A stretch of DNA of 64,000 bases from Isurus oxyrinchus (taxonomy: Eukaryota). Numbering within the stretch: the first letter of the stretch is position 1; each line of letters begins with the position of its first letter. The stretch covers positions 29,636,001 through 29,700,000 of the forward strand of contig JANJGN010000026.1 in assembly GCA_026770705.1 (NCBI GenBank). The letters are read 5' to 3'. The notes beneath the pieces were generated by a model. That model made no database searches and had not been told where the DNA came from. It saw nothing but the letters and a program-made list of their open reading frames with translations. Below are positions 26,056-39,126 of the stretch, one piece after another. The translations under genes and the position numbers were made by a program.

Positions 26056-27735
26056 ACATTAGGGACTTATGGTTATAAAGCGTGGCTTTATAGGAAAGAT
26101 TATGTCTGAGGCATCGATATATATACCCCACGTTTTTTAAAACAGGTCCAAAGATGCCGTGTAAGGAATGAATCATAGATATTATCTGCTCAGACTTCCA
26201 AAGAACACCTGATGAAATACCACAAGAGATTTCTATTAAAGCCTTTGATGTTAGGGGGTGACATACTCAATTTGATTAGGTCAGCTGACAGGATATAGGT
26301 AAAATAAGTTTGGGATAGATTTGGATCTGTTTATCAAGCCCAGACCCAGACAAAAAGCACTAATTCTCCTCTTTCTGATGGGGTACGTTCAGACCATGTA
26401 ACTACAGAGGATCTAGATTTCCATACTTAAAGGTGACACTGAGCAATTTCCACGTTGTCAGCACGAACTGCAAATAGAGATCGATGTCTATTCAAAGTTA
26501 CTCTTGTTATGCTTATTTCACATTCATTTGCACTTCCGTTAATCTGTCTTTTTAACCTTGGACTATCCATCAGTCTGGGTAACTATTGATCTGCTGGTTT
26601 ATCTATCTATTTGTGTACAGATCATGAGATTTGATGGTGCATTAAGTAGCGTCCATACTTCTGGGCAATAAGCTTCCAGTTCCACTCCAGGACATGTTGC
26701 CCACGGAAGATGCATTCGTGACATGGCAAAGCAGATTGATTATCACCCTGTAAATCCTTCCTTACACCTGATGGCAGGTGGTAAATGCAGGTGATTATTT
26801 GTTTATATACGGACACTTCACTGTACCGCCTTTTTCATGTAAGTGTTTTAAGCCACTCTACTACCTACGTCTGTAGTTTATTTTTATCATCAGCAAGGCT
26901 TGATTTATAAAGAAACGCTATTGTTTTGGCGTAATGACCCGACCTTTATTCAGGCAAAATGCTAATCGTTGTCTTTCTTATCGACAGATAGTCATGGATA
27001 CAATTCTACATTGAGATATGGTGACAGGACGTCCATTTGAAGCTACAGCATTTCCTTGAATCTTGAAACCTTTACTGTCTCGTCGTTCTCTCTCTCTTTC
27101 TCTTTCTCCCATTCAATTCTTCAAACCCGTCAAGAATCCAGCCGATTCGTTGGAATGTCCGTGACCTTTGCTAACATGTTACCAGACAGTAGGGGGCGCT
27201 GCAATTGTTCGTTCAATCCTGATTGAATCGAGACATGGCCGGGCAGCCAGAGGATGATTTCTGGACCCAACAGTTGGAACCCCTAATTAGCAAAATCTTT
27301 ATAAAGACCTATCAATGTAAGACGTGAGAGCAAAGTATTAAATTGAAAGGAAAGCTTAATGCATTTTCCCAAGCCACCCTGCTCCCAGCAGCTGAAGTCC
27401 TTGGTAATATACAAAAGCTGTTATCACCCTTGCCTCGGGCAGGCAGAAATATAGACCTGTCTGTAGATAAATGGAATGATAACACGTGCATGAACATAGC
27501 AGATATGGGTTGCAAAATGGGTTCGGGATGAATGAGCTGCACACAAGATGGAGCTGCTTTTGTTGTACGGTGTTTCTTTGGTTAAAACATTTAGCTTAAT
27601 TAAGGTTACTTAGGATCTCAACGTATTCCATTCATTCTGTTCAAACATTACTGTGGAAAAGCACAAAGAGGGACTTTAAACTAAGGCTGAAAGCCGATCA
27701 ATATGGGGGTGCGCTGGGGTGTATGTTTCCAAGCA

Positions 27736-28804
27736 TTACACAATGCAGCAGCACGATCTTCAGTTAAAGTTCTGGGACCTGAAACTGCACAGCAAGGCAG
27801 AGAAGGAAATGAGAACTCAGATGTAAAATGGAACTTTGCACCAGTAAAATGCTATGACTGGATATGATGGATCTAGCAGATCCTGAGCACCAAAATATAT
27901 TTCAGGGATGTGATAACGGGCAAAGCCGAAAAGGAGAAGAGCCAACATTCCAGCATCTACAGAATTACCTGGAAAAACTCAGCAGGTCTGGCAGCATCGG
28001 CAGAGAAGAAAAGAGTTGACGTTTCGAGCCATTTTTCCAGCATCCGCAGTTTTTTGTTTTTATTCCAGCATCTATCTTCAAAATTTTCTTTTCATCAACT
28101 CCATGGGTTGCTTCCCAGTTCCCACTCCTGTCAGTTTCTGTGATGTCAGGACATAGAAGATGAACAGGATCCGGGCTGGAATAGCAAACGACATAATTCC
28201 AGAAATCAGCATGAAGATTTCCCGTTGCCTCCATGCTATGGACATTTCCTTGCATGAAACTATTATATAATATCTTTATCAGTCTGAAAATAGTAATTAA
28301 ACTCAGAGCTAAGACTTCCAGCCAAGTTTCAATAGACAGTATAACATAGTATCGATGCTTTCTCCAGGCCTGAGACCTGGTGGGGTGGGCAACAGCTATG
28401 TATTAGTCAACAACAATGCAGGCCATGAAAGGTGCATACAAGAGAAGGATAAAACTATTATATAACTGCATTGTGATATAATCTAGGGTAATAGCAATAA
28501 TGTCAACTGTGGAAGCAACAATAATCAACAAGTTGGTGATGGTTAAGTCCAGCACAAGCACATCAGATGTTGACGAGAGTTTCTCTAATCTTATGATGTG
28601 CCACTAAGCAATTGCATTCCTACTAATACCCAATACAAGTAATAAGCTAAAGAGGCAGAGGAAGGTGATCGTTTTAACGTGATCCAAAGCATGGAAAGTG
28701 CTATCAGTTGAGGTCACAAGACTTGTATTTCCACTCTGATTGGATGGGTTAATCTGAGGCGAGGGTGTGAGGACTGTTACATTCCAGCTCACAAATTTAT
28801 CAAT
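27736..28804 (-). pseudogene. GPCR paralog (copy 2), multiple stops and frameshifts, Penelope insertion
   Basis: FVSWNVTV...LGISRNAIA*WH..SDVLVLDLTITN..FMACIVVD*YIAVAHP..AWRK.RYYV..RYHIPE..FRSQNFN*RSCCCIV*; ATG position reads ATT. Confidence 0.9.
27960..28061. mobile_element. 102-bp Penelope-like inverted fragment with 13-bp TSD
   Basis: Flanked by attccagcatcta at 27947-27959 and 28062-28074. Confidence 0.8.
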
Positions 28805-29139
28805 TTGATGTAACATAGAATATGGAGAGCAGTGGAGAAAATAATGAACGTATATCGTACAATAACAGTTGAGACTACGTGGTCAGATTATTGGCTGTTA
28901 AGTTCCCACTTTTATCTCCAATACGTCAATGCTATTTCATTCGTAAAGTTTGGCTAATGTACTTCTCGGAAAACTATGGATACCATCTGATATGAGAGAT
29001 CCCTCTGGCGACAACATGCGGGAATCAGAATCCTGTAAATTTACAGATGGGAATAAAGTTATTGAAGTTCTCAAAATAATGTCATCCTGTATACTGGAAA
29101 GCGAGCTATCTGGACACTGAATAATGTTTCTCACTCTCC

Positions 29140-29680
29140 CTCAGAAATATGCCTGTCCGCTGCTTGGTATCTCTAATGACTCTCCCTGTGCATGGACAGT
29201 TATTTCCCTGCCTCTCTGTTTGAGCGAGATATTTGCAAACTGCCCACACTGACCCCCAGTCTCTTTCCCTAGGGAAGATATTTGAACCCTGTCTGAGATT
29301 CCCTAGCCTTTACCTTTTATCTAAATGAAAACTGATTAATGACTCCGACTCCCAACTGCTCATGGAAATATCTTCACGCTGGCTCATGTCTTCCAGTCCC
29401 TCACCTCAGAAAGATATTGGTACACTGATTTGTATCTTTCCGTGCCTCCATCTCAATGAAATATTTGTACACTAACCAATTCTTCTGAGTCTGCCTCCTC
29501 TGGGGAGGTATCTGCACGCTGACTGACATTGTTTAAGTTTTTCTCTCACAGGAAGATAGTTGCCCACTGACTGGTGCCACCCTTTGCGCTTTGAGTCAGC
29601 AAAATATCTAAAGATTGCATGGTGTCCCTAAGCCCCTCTCTTGGAGGTACATCTGCACACTAACTGTTTGCTCTCAGTCC
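29140..29680. repeat. ~40-bp degenerate minisatellite upstream of GPCR copy 2
   Basis: About 12 units of gagatatytgcacactgactggtg-like sequence. Confidence 0.65.
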
Positions 29681-29754
29681 CTTTTCGAAGGCGGGGGTAG
29701 GAGGAGGGGTAGGGGAGGGGAGGTGGTGGGTGCGTGTGAGGAGGAAGTAGCAGA

Positions 29755-30270
29755 GAAGATGGAGTAGCGTTATTGCCACTGGACTAGTAATTCAGCGACC
29801 CAGAGTAATGCTCTGCACACTGGGGCTCGAAACAATGTGGGTGACCCTGTAATGGCCTAGCAAGTCACTTAGTTGTATCAAGCCGCTAGAAAGCATATAA
29901 GAAGTGAAACCGGACGGGCAACCCGCCATCAACTTAGGCACCGGAAACTACAACAGCAAACTCAACCCTGTCGACGTTGCAAAATCCATCTTACTGACAT
30001 CTGGAGGGTTTGTGCCAAAATTGGTAGAGCTGCCTCACAGACATGTAAGCAATAGCCTGAAATAGTCATCCTCACGGAATCATACATGAGAGATAATGCC
30101 CCAGGCACCAGCATCACCATCCCTGGGTATGTCCTGCCCCAACGGCACGGACAGATCCAACAGAGGTGGCGGCGCTGTGGTACACAATCGGGAGGGAGTT
30201 ACTCTGGGAGCCCTCAACATTGACTCCGGGCCCCACGAAGTCTTATTGCATCTGGTCAAACATGGACATC
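29755..30270 (+). mobile_element. SINE-like head plus endonuclease start of a non-LTR element
   Basis: tRNA-like head, then PEIVILTES..ITIPGYVL..DR..RGGG (APE motifs). Confidence 0.6.
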
Positions 30271-31084
30271 TACACCTGATAACCTTTGATTCCTTTGCCT
30301 AACAAGAATCTACCTAGTAGATCGGATGTCAGTACACACTGAGATTTCCATATCCTCAATGCGATATTCAACATTTTCCATATTGTTGACATGAACTGCA
30401 AACGACCATTGAAGGACCAGGGCAACGTATTCATCAATATTTAAAGTAATTCATTCACTGCTGAGGTTTTTCTTACGTCTATTATTTGCCATCTCCAAAG
30501 TAAATAACTCTCTCCCTCTCGTGTCGCAGGTTTATGCCTGTTTCCTTATGCAGCAAAATCTGTCTCAGCTCCTTTATGTCTCTATCTTTGTAGCTAACGA
30601 TTAGACCCCCGATTTAGATTGATGCAGGACTAAGAAGAAAAAGCCGAGCGGAAAATTTACCGAACAGCCCAGCTTTCTTTCGCTACATGTAATTGTACCG
30701 GACATTTTTTTTAAAAAGGAAGGCGCCGCTGATTTGTGTAATGAATTATTCATTTATTTACTCAAATGCTGAACTTTGTATACCGATTGTCAATGAAATA
30801 ATTAGAAACACAGGTGAGCAAACATACCGTTCGAAATTGTACAACATTTCCTTGAGGATAGAACTCGTCCTTGGTCACCTCCCATCCCGTCTTCTGGTAA
30901 TAAGTAACATTATTAATTAAACACTCAAGTCCGTATTTGGAAAACACCTGTATTACCTCTCCTAACATGACGCCAGATTGGAGGAACCATTGCAGTTGTT
31001 ATTTAGTTCTGAAGCCTCCAACCATTCAAGGTTGAACGCACCCTTTGTGTCTAGAGGGAGCCTTGTTGCACATCCCTCATGGGA

Positions 31085-31390
31085 ACATAGGAACAGAGGA
31101 CTTACGAGCAGAAATAGGCAATTCAGCACTAGGATTTTGCTCCGCCATTCGATAAAATCATGGCAGATCTTGTTATTGTCTCAACTCAGCATTCTGGTCT
31201 GGAAGCTATATTTGCCTCTCAAAACAAATATCCAATTTAGCCTTGAATAAAGTCAATGGCCCAGACACAACCGTTTTCTCAGAAAGAGAATGTCACAAGC
31301 GAATGGCCATCTGAGAGAAGACAAAAGGTCTCCTCACCTCTCTCTTAAACAGGAGGCTGCTTCTTTTGAAACAATGTCCCCCTAGCTCTA
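31085..31390 (-). mobile_element. CR1 LINE 3' end
   Basis: gaacataggaac tail (reverse) and CR1 3'UTR. Confidence 0.6.
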
Positions 31391-33414
31391 GCTCTAGTTC
31401 TCATAATCTGGTAAGGGATTCAAAAATAGTTTGCTTCATATTCAATCCTGCTCTGAACTCCACGTTCCAGCATCCATTTTCCCACATCTTTGCCTCCAGT
31501 TCATCACTAATTTAATGTCAGATTGTCTTAGTTCAATGAAGCGAATTCTCCACTCTGAATCAGGAGGTTATATCCTCACTCAAGATTGAACCCGTCATTT
31601 AGGCCGCATTCACCGCTAGCGCTGGAAGGGCACTGCCCAGTCGGCGGTGCTGCCTTCCTGGACGAGAGATTAAACATTCTTCCACAATTCGTGCCAACTC
31701 CAGCCAATTCAATTTTCTCTCCTAATGGAAAGTGCCTGTGTAAACGGATCGGATTGCAATTACATCCTCTTGCCTCCGCAGAGCCCTATCACTTCCATTT
31801 TACTTTTGTGTCTCAGCAGCAGGGGATTTCCGGGGTTGGATTCAACTCAACGTCTCTGCTTTGCACAATGTCCCAAATCTTGCTATTCCTGTTTAATAAG
31901 GATATCAGCTCATTTTGAAAGGTGGATGGAATGGATGATGTTGAAGTGGGCCTCAATTACATCCACACTTCAGCGGTTCAAGAAGCCAGCTCACCAGCAG
32001 CTTCTTAAGCGTAACTAGGGATGGGCAATAGACGCTGGCCCAGCCAGCAAAGCCCACATCCCGTGAATGAATAAAAAATCCCACTGGTCTAACTCTCCCT
32101 GAGCATTCCAGCCCCATTGCAGCTGTAGAGAATCTCCAATTACAGAAACATCCTGACCTCTCTGCTCCCCAAATTGCTCCAACTCTTGCTCGTTAGCTAT
32201 AAATACAAACTTGAAAACAAAGCCTTATGCTGAAGCGATCACAGATTGTATGCCCTTAACTTGGGATTGGATTGTTTCTGCGCGCCCTGCCTCGAAGTTC
32301 CCGGCCCTCAGACCCCACCCCAGATGATATCCACGTTCGGTCTTGGTTCCTTATGTGAAACGCCAGTGGAGGCGAAGAGCAACTCCCTAAAGCAAGCCAC
32401 TCGCAGCAGTAAAATTTGTTTTTTATATTCTATTCATGGTCCATTCAGTGAAGCTCGCATAAGGCTAGAAAGCCTCCTGGAAGTCCCGGCTGATAGACGC
32501 TGCTGCATTTTGTCCTCAGTCCAAACTTTCCCCGTTGCCCTACATTACATAACACCGCAGCTACTGCTTATCCGGGATGCAATACTTTAAAACCTTCATA
32601 AATTACATTTATTCTGACGCTCCACCCTTTGCTATTGAATTTTCATCAATTTTCCTATTGGACATCAAACTGAAATTTGGAAGAGGCATATCTGAAACAG
32701 CAACAATGACGTGCATTTATATAGGCCCTTTAATGGAATTATACAACCCACAGCCCTTCGCAGGGTCATTTTCAAACAAAATTACAAAGCGAAAGACTTA
32801 GGGAGATGGTAGGTCAGAGCAGCAAAAACTTGCTCAAAGGGGTAGGTTTTAAGAAGTGTCTCAAAGGAGAATAGGTATTGGTCAGCTGTGATTAGATACA
32901 AATGGCAGCACTCGGCTGAATATGCATCGAGCAGCTGGTTGGGATGTCAATGCCGCGAATCCAAACCTCTTCTAGAGCTGAGATCTGGATAGATTATTGT
33001 AGTGAAAGTGCTTGATCAGCCTCCTGCGTTTGCTACCGTTCTCTTCACTTAGCCATCGTGTTTGTCATGTTATTTATGAAACTACATTTGAAACCCTTAT
33101 GTATCCTTCCGCAAACCCACAATCGTTGGCCTTGAGGGAGCTGCAGAGTCTATTTACATTATTGCTAGTGTTCTGTGATTATAGATACTGAAAGAGACAA
33201 AGTTGCAGTTGAAGGGACAGATAACCACATTGAATGATTCATAGATGCAGTGATAGACACAGTGAATGAGACAGGTGAACTGACACATGTAGGCACAGGG
33301 CGAAAGTCCAATTATGAGGCCAATAGGGACGTGAAAAGGGCAGAGATAAATATAGATGCAAATATATATATTTCACGTGGAGATAGTTAGATTTGGACGT
33401 TTAGGGAGAGATGT

Positions 33415-34435
33415 GTTGGCATCCTGCCATCCACAAGAGATGATGATGAGCACGCAGCACACAATCCATTTAAGTGGGGTCTATTACCTTGGTGCACCTT
33501 CATGAGGGTTGCGAGGGCCAGCCCTTGAGAGGCAGGTTCAGCCACAATTCAGCACATAAAGCCGTGAAGTGACGTTGCAGCTTGTTGTTCTTAACATGAG
33601 CGCCTGTTGCCAGGCTGCAGTAGCCATTGGTCACGGGGGTAGTGCACGTCAGCCCATAAAAGGTGTCGCCATTTTCCCATTTCTCCAGCTACTGACATCC
33701 AATACCGACCGTGGGTGTTCAGGCCCTTCACGTCAGGCCTGACAGCTTCCTTGAAGCAGAGCCCTGCCGCCCAGGTCGTGATAAGTCACCATACGGAAGA
33801 TACCTAGGTTTTTGGCAATCTTCCATTCTGTGGATATGCCTGATCTACCGAAGCTGCCACTGTTTGATTGGTGCCAGCACACTTGGGAGTTATGCCTTTG
33901 AGAGAGCTGTCAAATCCGTGGTACTGTCCTGTTGGACTCTGCCCAGAATGCACCACAGGCAACAAAGATGGAAAGTATTGAGCTTCTTTGACTGGTAGCC
34001 ATAATTCACCAATATTTTACCGCTATGAAACAAGGTAATGAGAGCATGGGCCTTATAAGCAATCGGCTTGATCTAAAGGGGCAAGTTTGAGTTACACCAC
34101 GCACGTTTCGTGGGTTGGGCAAAGATAGTGGTTGCAATCGCATGCATACATTGGGCTTTGCATCAAGGGAATGATACCGTGGACCCCAGGTAGCAGAAGT
34201 TGCTAATCACTTCAAGTGGGATATTCTTTACTGTGATCAGTCGTGGAGATGTCCACTGAAACCTTGTCCCAAGACCATAGTTTACTTGACACTTATATTC
34301 AGGGCGAACCAGTGACAGACATGGGAAAGACAACCTATGAGCATCGTCAGTGCAGAGTCCTGATTGGGACTTTTGCATTTGCTTTCAATCCTGAACGATT
34401 GCAGAGCTTGCTGTCTGACCTAGTCTGCAGGTAGA
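33415..34435 (-). mobile_element. Decayed RTE-clade LINE fragment
   Basis: LEVISNFCYLGSTV, then RVW.NSKL..K..AY..LNTFHL..L..ILG on the minus strand. Confidence 0.7.
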
Positions 34436-35016
34436 CTACTCCCACAATGAGAGATAGAGATAGATATAGAGAAAGAAAGGTAGGAACACATAGAGATATA
34501 GTGGCATAGAGCGACATGCAGGTAGATAGTGAAATATAGATAGAGAGATAGATAGATATTTGGAGAGGCAGAGGTACGTAGACAATAATGGAACGATTAT
34601 GAGATACGTTGATAGATGGACACTTAATGATGCATAGCTAGAAAGATGAAACATGCATGATAGTTAGATGGAAATACACATTGAAGGATACTGAGAGTGA
34701 TAGGCAGATAGAAAGAAATATACACAGACAGAGGAGTAAATAAATGGACAGATGGCGAATACATGAGTAAACAACATTTACAAAAGCCAAAAAATACATC
34801 GAGATAGACACAAGTTTAAGATTGGAGAGATTGCACTAAAATTTATTCTTCTTAAAATGGTGTAAAATTTCTTCCATTTGCCCAAACAAGATAGCTTTCT
34901 TTTGCATTTCTTTCAGCTCATTCTCTCTGAGTACAATTTTACGAAGGAGAAAATGACGTTTTATTTTTAATTCAGACTCTGTGGGTATCAGGATAATGGT
35001 CACTCTTTCCAGCACG

Positions 35017-35989
35017 TTACACAGCGCAGCAATGTGATCTCCATTGAAAGGTTGGGACCTGAAAATGTACAGCACGGGATTAAGGAAAGCAGATAGGGAA
35101 GTGAGGGCCCAAGTGTATGTCTTAACATGGCACATGTAAAAAATTGAGACTTGATACCATGGATCTATCAGGCCACGACTCACAAAATACAATTCGGAGA
35201 TGTGATACGGGGAAAAGCAGAAAATGAGGAGAGCCAGGATTCCTGAAATTGTTTTTAGCACTTTCTTCTTCATCAGCTCCATGGATTCCTTCTCAACCCC
35301 CACTTCGTTCAGTTTCTTTGCTATCAAAGCATAGCAGATCAACAGGACTGGAACTGGGATAACAAATAATATAATTTCAGAAAATAGCATGAAGAGTTTC
35401 CAAGATGCATTCGTTAAAGTCTTGTCCTTGCATGAAATGCTTTCATCTACGGTGGTTCTTGTCATGAGAAAGGCCACCAGGCTCAGTGTTAAGACTACCA
35501 GCCATGTTGCAATGGACAGAACGACGTAGTATCGGAGCCTTCTCCAGGCCTGGGACCTGATGGGATGAGCAACTGCAATGTACTGGTCAACAGCAATGCA
35601 CGTCATGAATGGCGGGTTGCCATAAATGTTGACAAAAGCCATGAGCAGGTGGGCTTCAAGGAGTGAATTTGTGAACTTCCATCCTGGGATCAAGTGAATA
35701 AGAGAAAATATAGATGACAGGATAACCAAGGCGTTAGTGATGGTTAAGTCAAGTAGGAGGACGTCAGTTGCTGATGTGACTTTCTTCGGCCTTCTGATTG
35801 CCGCAGTGACATTGCGTTCCCAGCAATACCCAACACAACCGTGAAGCTAAGGAGACAAGGAAGGACGATCCTTTCAATCTTTTCCATTGCTTCGGAGATC
35901 CCATGACTTGCATTTCCAGTCTGATTGGTTGCATTGGCCTCTGTCCGGGGTGGAACGACTGTTGCATTCGAGCTCATGAACGTAGCCAT
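35017..35989 (-). pseudogene. GPCR paralog (copy 3), intact except for two 1-bp deletions (~35799 and ~35044)
   Basis: ORFs 35744-35989 and 34836-35729 join with one frameshift; FMTCIAVDQYIAVAHP, CFSPYH, FLNPVLY; ancestral end WRSHCCAV* is out of frame. Confidence 0.88.
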
Positions 35990-36319
35990 TTCGTGTTTGG
36001 ATCAAATTGTAAAGAACAGCCGGCGAGTAATATGAGAGAAGTGAGATGATAGATTGCTGAATAACAGTTGGGAATGCATTCAAAATGATTCGCTGTTGAA
36101 GGGCTCAGTTCAGTCTGCCCAACATCTTAGTTCTATCTCGCTGGTTCAGACTGGGTGAGGCTCTCCTCTGAAACCTGTGGATTATCAATGGATGTGAGAG
36201 ATTTCTATGGTGCTGCGATGCAGAATTGCAAAGGTGAAGTTGAAAATTGAATCCTGTAAAAAAGACAAATATGAAGACATTTATCAATGCACTGAAAATA
36301 TTATACTAGAAGTTATAAA

Positions 36320-36560
36320 GTGAGATATCTGTACAAAGACTAATGTCTCAGTCCCATCTGCCTCGGGCACATACCTGCACACTGGCTGGCGTTTCCCTGG
36401 TAATGTCTCTTTCCGAGGTATTAGTGCATTCCCCGGTGTCTCTCACATAGTATCCCTGAGAGATATACATGCACAGTCGTATTTATCGGTCTCTTCTGGC
36501 GGATATTCATTTAGAATGACTGGCGGCCTTCAGTCTTCCTCCCCCAGTAATCTACTTACA
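36320..36560. repeat. ~40-bp minisatellite upstream of GPCR copy 3
   Basis: Same unit as 29140-29680. Confidence 0.55.
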
Positions 36561-36829
36561 CATCCCCGATATCTACTTAAACATCCCTGACATTCCAACC
36601 CCCACCCGTGCGTTTTACACTCTCTGATCCCCATTCCCCATTCTCCCAACCCTGCTGTCTAATCCCCCATCCTTTCTCTCTAATGTCCTATTTCACACCT
36701 CGTCTCCTATCACCACTGACGAATTTCTGATTCCCACTCGTTACGCTCCCATTCTTTTTCCCACCATTTCAGATCTCTAAGGACCCAACCCCGTTCTTCA
36801 TCCTTGACCACTGCAATATCTGCGCCTAA

Positions 36830-37420
36830 TCCATCCCTGTCTATTCAACTGCTGAAGGTGCCGCTCACTTTCTACTCTTTCCCAATTTTTATCTTCTGGA
36901 CTGAAGGAATTGTTTTCTTACCTGTAAACTGATCCAGTATCAGCGAATGTTGACGTGGTCTTAAAACGTCATATATTATTATTGTTGAGAGTCCGTTTTA
37001 GTAGCAGTGCAAGATAAAAGTGAAAGATTTTCAGACAGACCTTCACCCAGTTTCCAACAGGCACAAGCAACTGAGAGGATTGGCGGCATTTTATACTTCC
37101 TAGACAGCAGTTGATGTACTACCTCCACTCGTCTAGGTCAAAGGAAACTCAGGCTCCTCCAGCTATGATTGTTGGGTTGGACTCTTTATGCGTGCCTCAT
37201 TGTAATTCCAGGATTGGTGAGAACCGTGGTATATTCTCCACTCATTTCTGGGATTTGGGGTTAAATTAAGACCCAGACAGAAAGGATGCAGATCTCTCTC
37301 ATCTTGGGAACGGATTTGAGCACCGGATCAGCCAATGACATTGCAACTCTGGGAATCCAGGGTTAACTACAGCCCCAGTCAGTCGGGATGGATGTTTCTA
37401 CTCTCTCCTCGGGGACTGGT
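36830..37420 (-). other. Second copy of the conserved GPCR-upstream block
   Basis: ctgctgaaggtgccgctcac...ctcaggctcctcc...ctctctcct matches 22830-23290. Confidence 0.5.
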
Positions 37421-37672
37421 TCTGGCAGTACGACATGGAAGGTTTTCTTCCAGCCCTGGAGCACTCTCAGAAAAGAAGACGAAATGTTATCTCCACAATA
37501 GTCGTTTAATATGATGAAACAATTATATATGTTATGCATCAGTGTGCAGTGAATTCTCCATCCTCAGACCACCAAGCCCCCAGTATATTATTACAAACGT
37601 TGTGACCAAGACCATAACCAGAATGGATCAGGGGGGGATGCACACTGCGATTTTGGCTACAGACCCCCATCC

Positions 37673-37980
37673 NNNNNNNNNNNNNNNNNNNNNNNNNNNN
37701 NNNNNNNNNNNNNNNNNNNNNNNNNNNNNNNNNNNNNNNNNNNNNNNNNNNNNNNNNNNNNNNNNNNNNNNNNNNNNNNNNNNNNNNNNNNNNNNNNNNN
37801 NNNNNNNNNNNNNNNNNNNNNNNNNNNNNNNNNNNNNNNNNNNNNNNNNNNNNNNNNNNNNNNNNNNNNNNNNNNNNNNNNNNNNNNNNNNNNNNNNNNN
37901 NNNNNNNNNNNNNNNNNNNNNNNNNNNNNNNNNNNNNNNNNNNNNNNNNNNNNNNNNNNNNNNNNNNNNNNNNNNNNNNN
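37673..37980. other. Assembly gap (N run)
   Basis: Ns. Confidence 1.
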
Positions 37981-38489
37981 CTATTAAATGCTTAAGGAAG
38001 ATTTGATGTGTCGTATTTCTAACTCCATTGGTCATCGCTGCTTAGAATCATAGAATTTAACAGCCTTGCTTGCTTGTTCCTCATTCACTGTCTCGGGAAT
38101 CCTAAATTCTTTTGCTCCTTTAACTTGAAATGCATATTTAATTCATATTTCCTTTCCTTACTCCTCTAGTTTATATTTACCAAGTCACCCCTATGGTCCC
38201 TGGTCACTATGGTTTCATCGAATGAGACAAACAGAAACGACATTTGTTGATTGATTTGAAGTCTGATGCTACAATTATATCTGATATCCACATTGACGTT
38301 CATGTCTCCTGGTGGCGTTTTAATGTAACTGCGTGTTTGCCGATTTTGTCAAACTCTGCATTCATTCCCTGAATTATTTGTTTTCACCTCCATGCAATTT
38401 TACGAGGCGAGGAAATTCACTTCGAGGAGAGATTGTCTCGCCAGGGAGACAGAGGTCGCGCCAAACAGACCGAGACTCTGAGAACATCG

Positions 38490-38630
38490 GAGCGAGATAA
38501 AGAACCAATCAAAGAAAGCACTTGTCTGCAGCTCTCATTGATTGGAGCGCAATTGTAATCAGTTCTAACAGGCCAGCCAACCTTGTCCCTGGGAAACGCT
38601 CCTCCGTTTCCCAATAAGAGAAATCTGATT
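38490..38630 (+). promoter_or_regulatory. V-gene promoter (CCAAT/ATTGG boxes), family A
   Basis: Homologous to 49960-50100 (+) and 46690-46810 (-); each lies ~100 bp upstream of a family-A leader. Confidence 0.55.
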
Positions 38631-38720
38631 CTAATCTGGGTTACACTTTAATATCAGACGAGGAGTATTAACATGTTTAGAACATTCTGTTATTTTCTGA
38701 CAAACTCTAAACCGAACACT

Positions 38721-39126
38721 ATAGGTTCCCCATGTTCCTAAGTGATAATAATGGTCTTGCTGCCTGGTGAATCTATGTTCAAATAGTCAGTGTATCTCCA
38801 GGAGGTGTATTAAGTTCCTGACTTTTGAAAATGTATGCACTTGTGTCACAGGAATGAGTGGCGAGAATTCAGTGTCTCAGGGTCGGCCTGAATCAGCGGT
38901 TCAGGAAAGACAGAACATTATTCTGGACTGTCGTTGCTCGACACCCTGCCCTGTCCCTACTCCAGTATCCTGAAGAAGTTCCGCGAAATTTACTGAAGCT
39001 TGAGAAATGAAAAAAAGTCTCCAGGTTTACCAGATAGATTATTTGCTGAGGAAACAAAACTCTCTACTCAAATATCGCTTGGGATCTTCTCTCAAACACC
39101 GCCGTGTATTTCTGTGCCATTAAACT
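38721..39126 (+). pseudogene. TCR alpha/delta-type V pseudogene V1 (leader 38721-38766, V exon 38852-39126)
   Basis: 46-bp leader (ATA start, internal TAA) with GT donor; GMSGENSVSQG..IILDC..QYPEEVPRNLL..PGLPDRLFA..TAVYFCAIK with frameshifts. Confidence 0.88.

Noticed and set aside
29140-29680. CRISPR-like repeat array
   Set aside because: Eukaryotic DNA; units are degenerate tandem copies with no unique spacers or cas genes
34836-35016. Long C-terminal tail of the 297-aa GPCR ORF
   Set aside because: Read-through caused by a 1-bp deletion; the paralogs end shortly after the CC motif
37542-38035. ORFs spanning the N run (also at 60343-60725)
   Set aside because: Artefacts of assembly gaps
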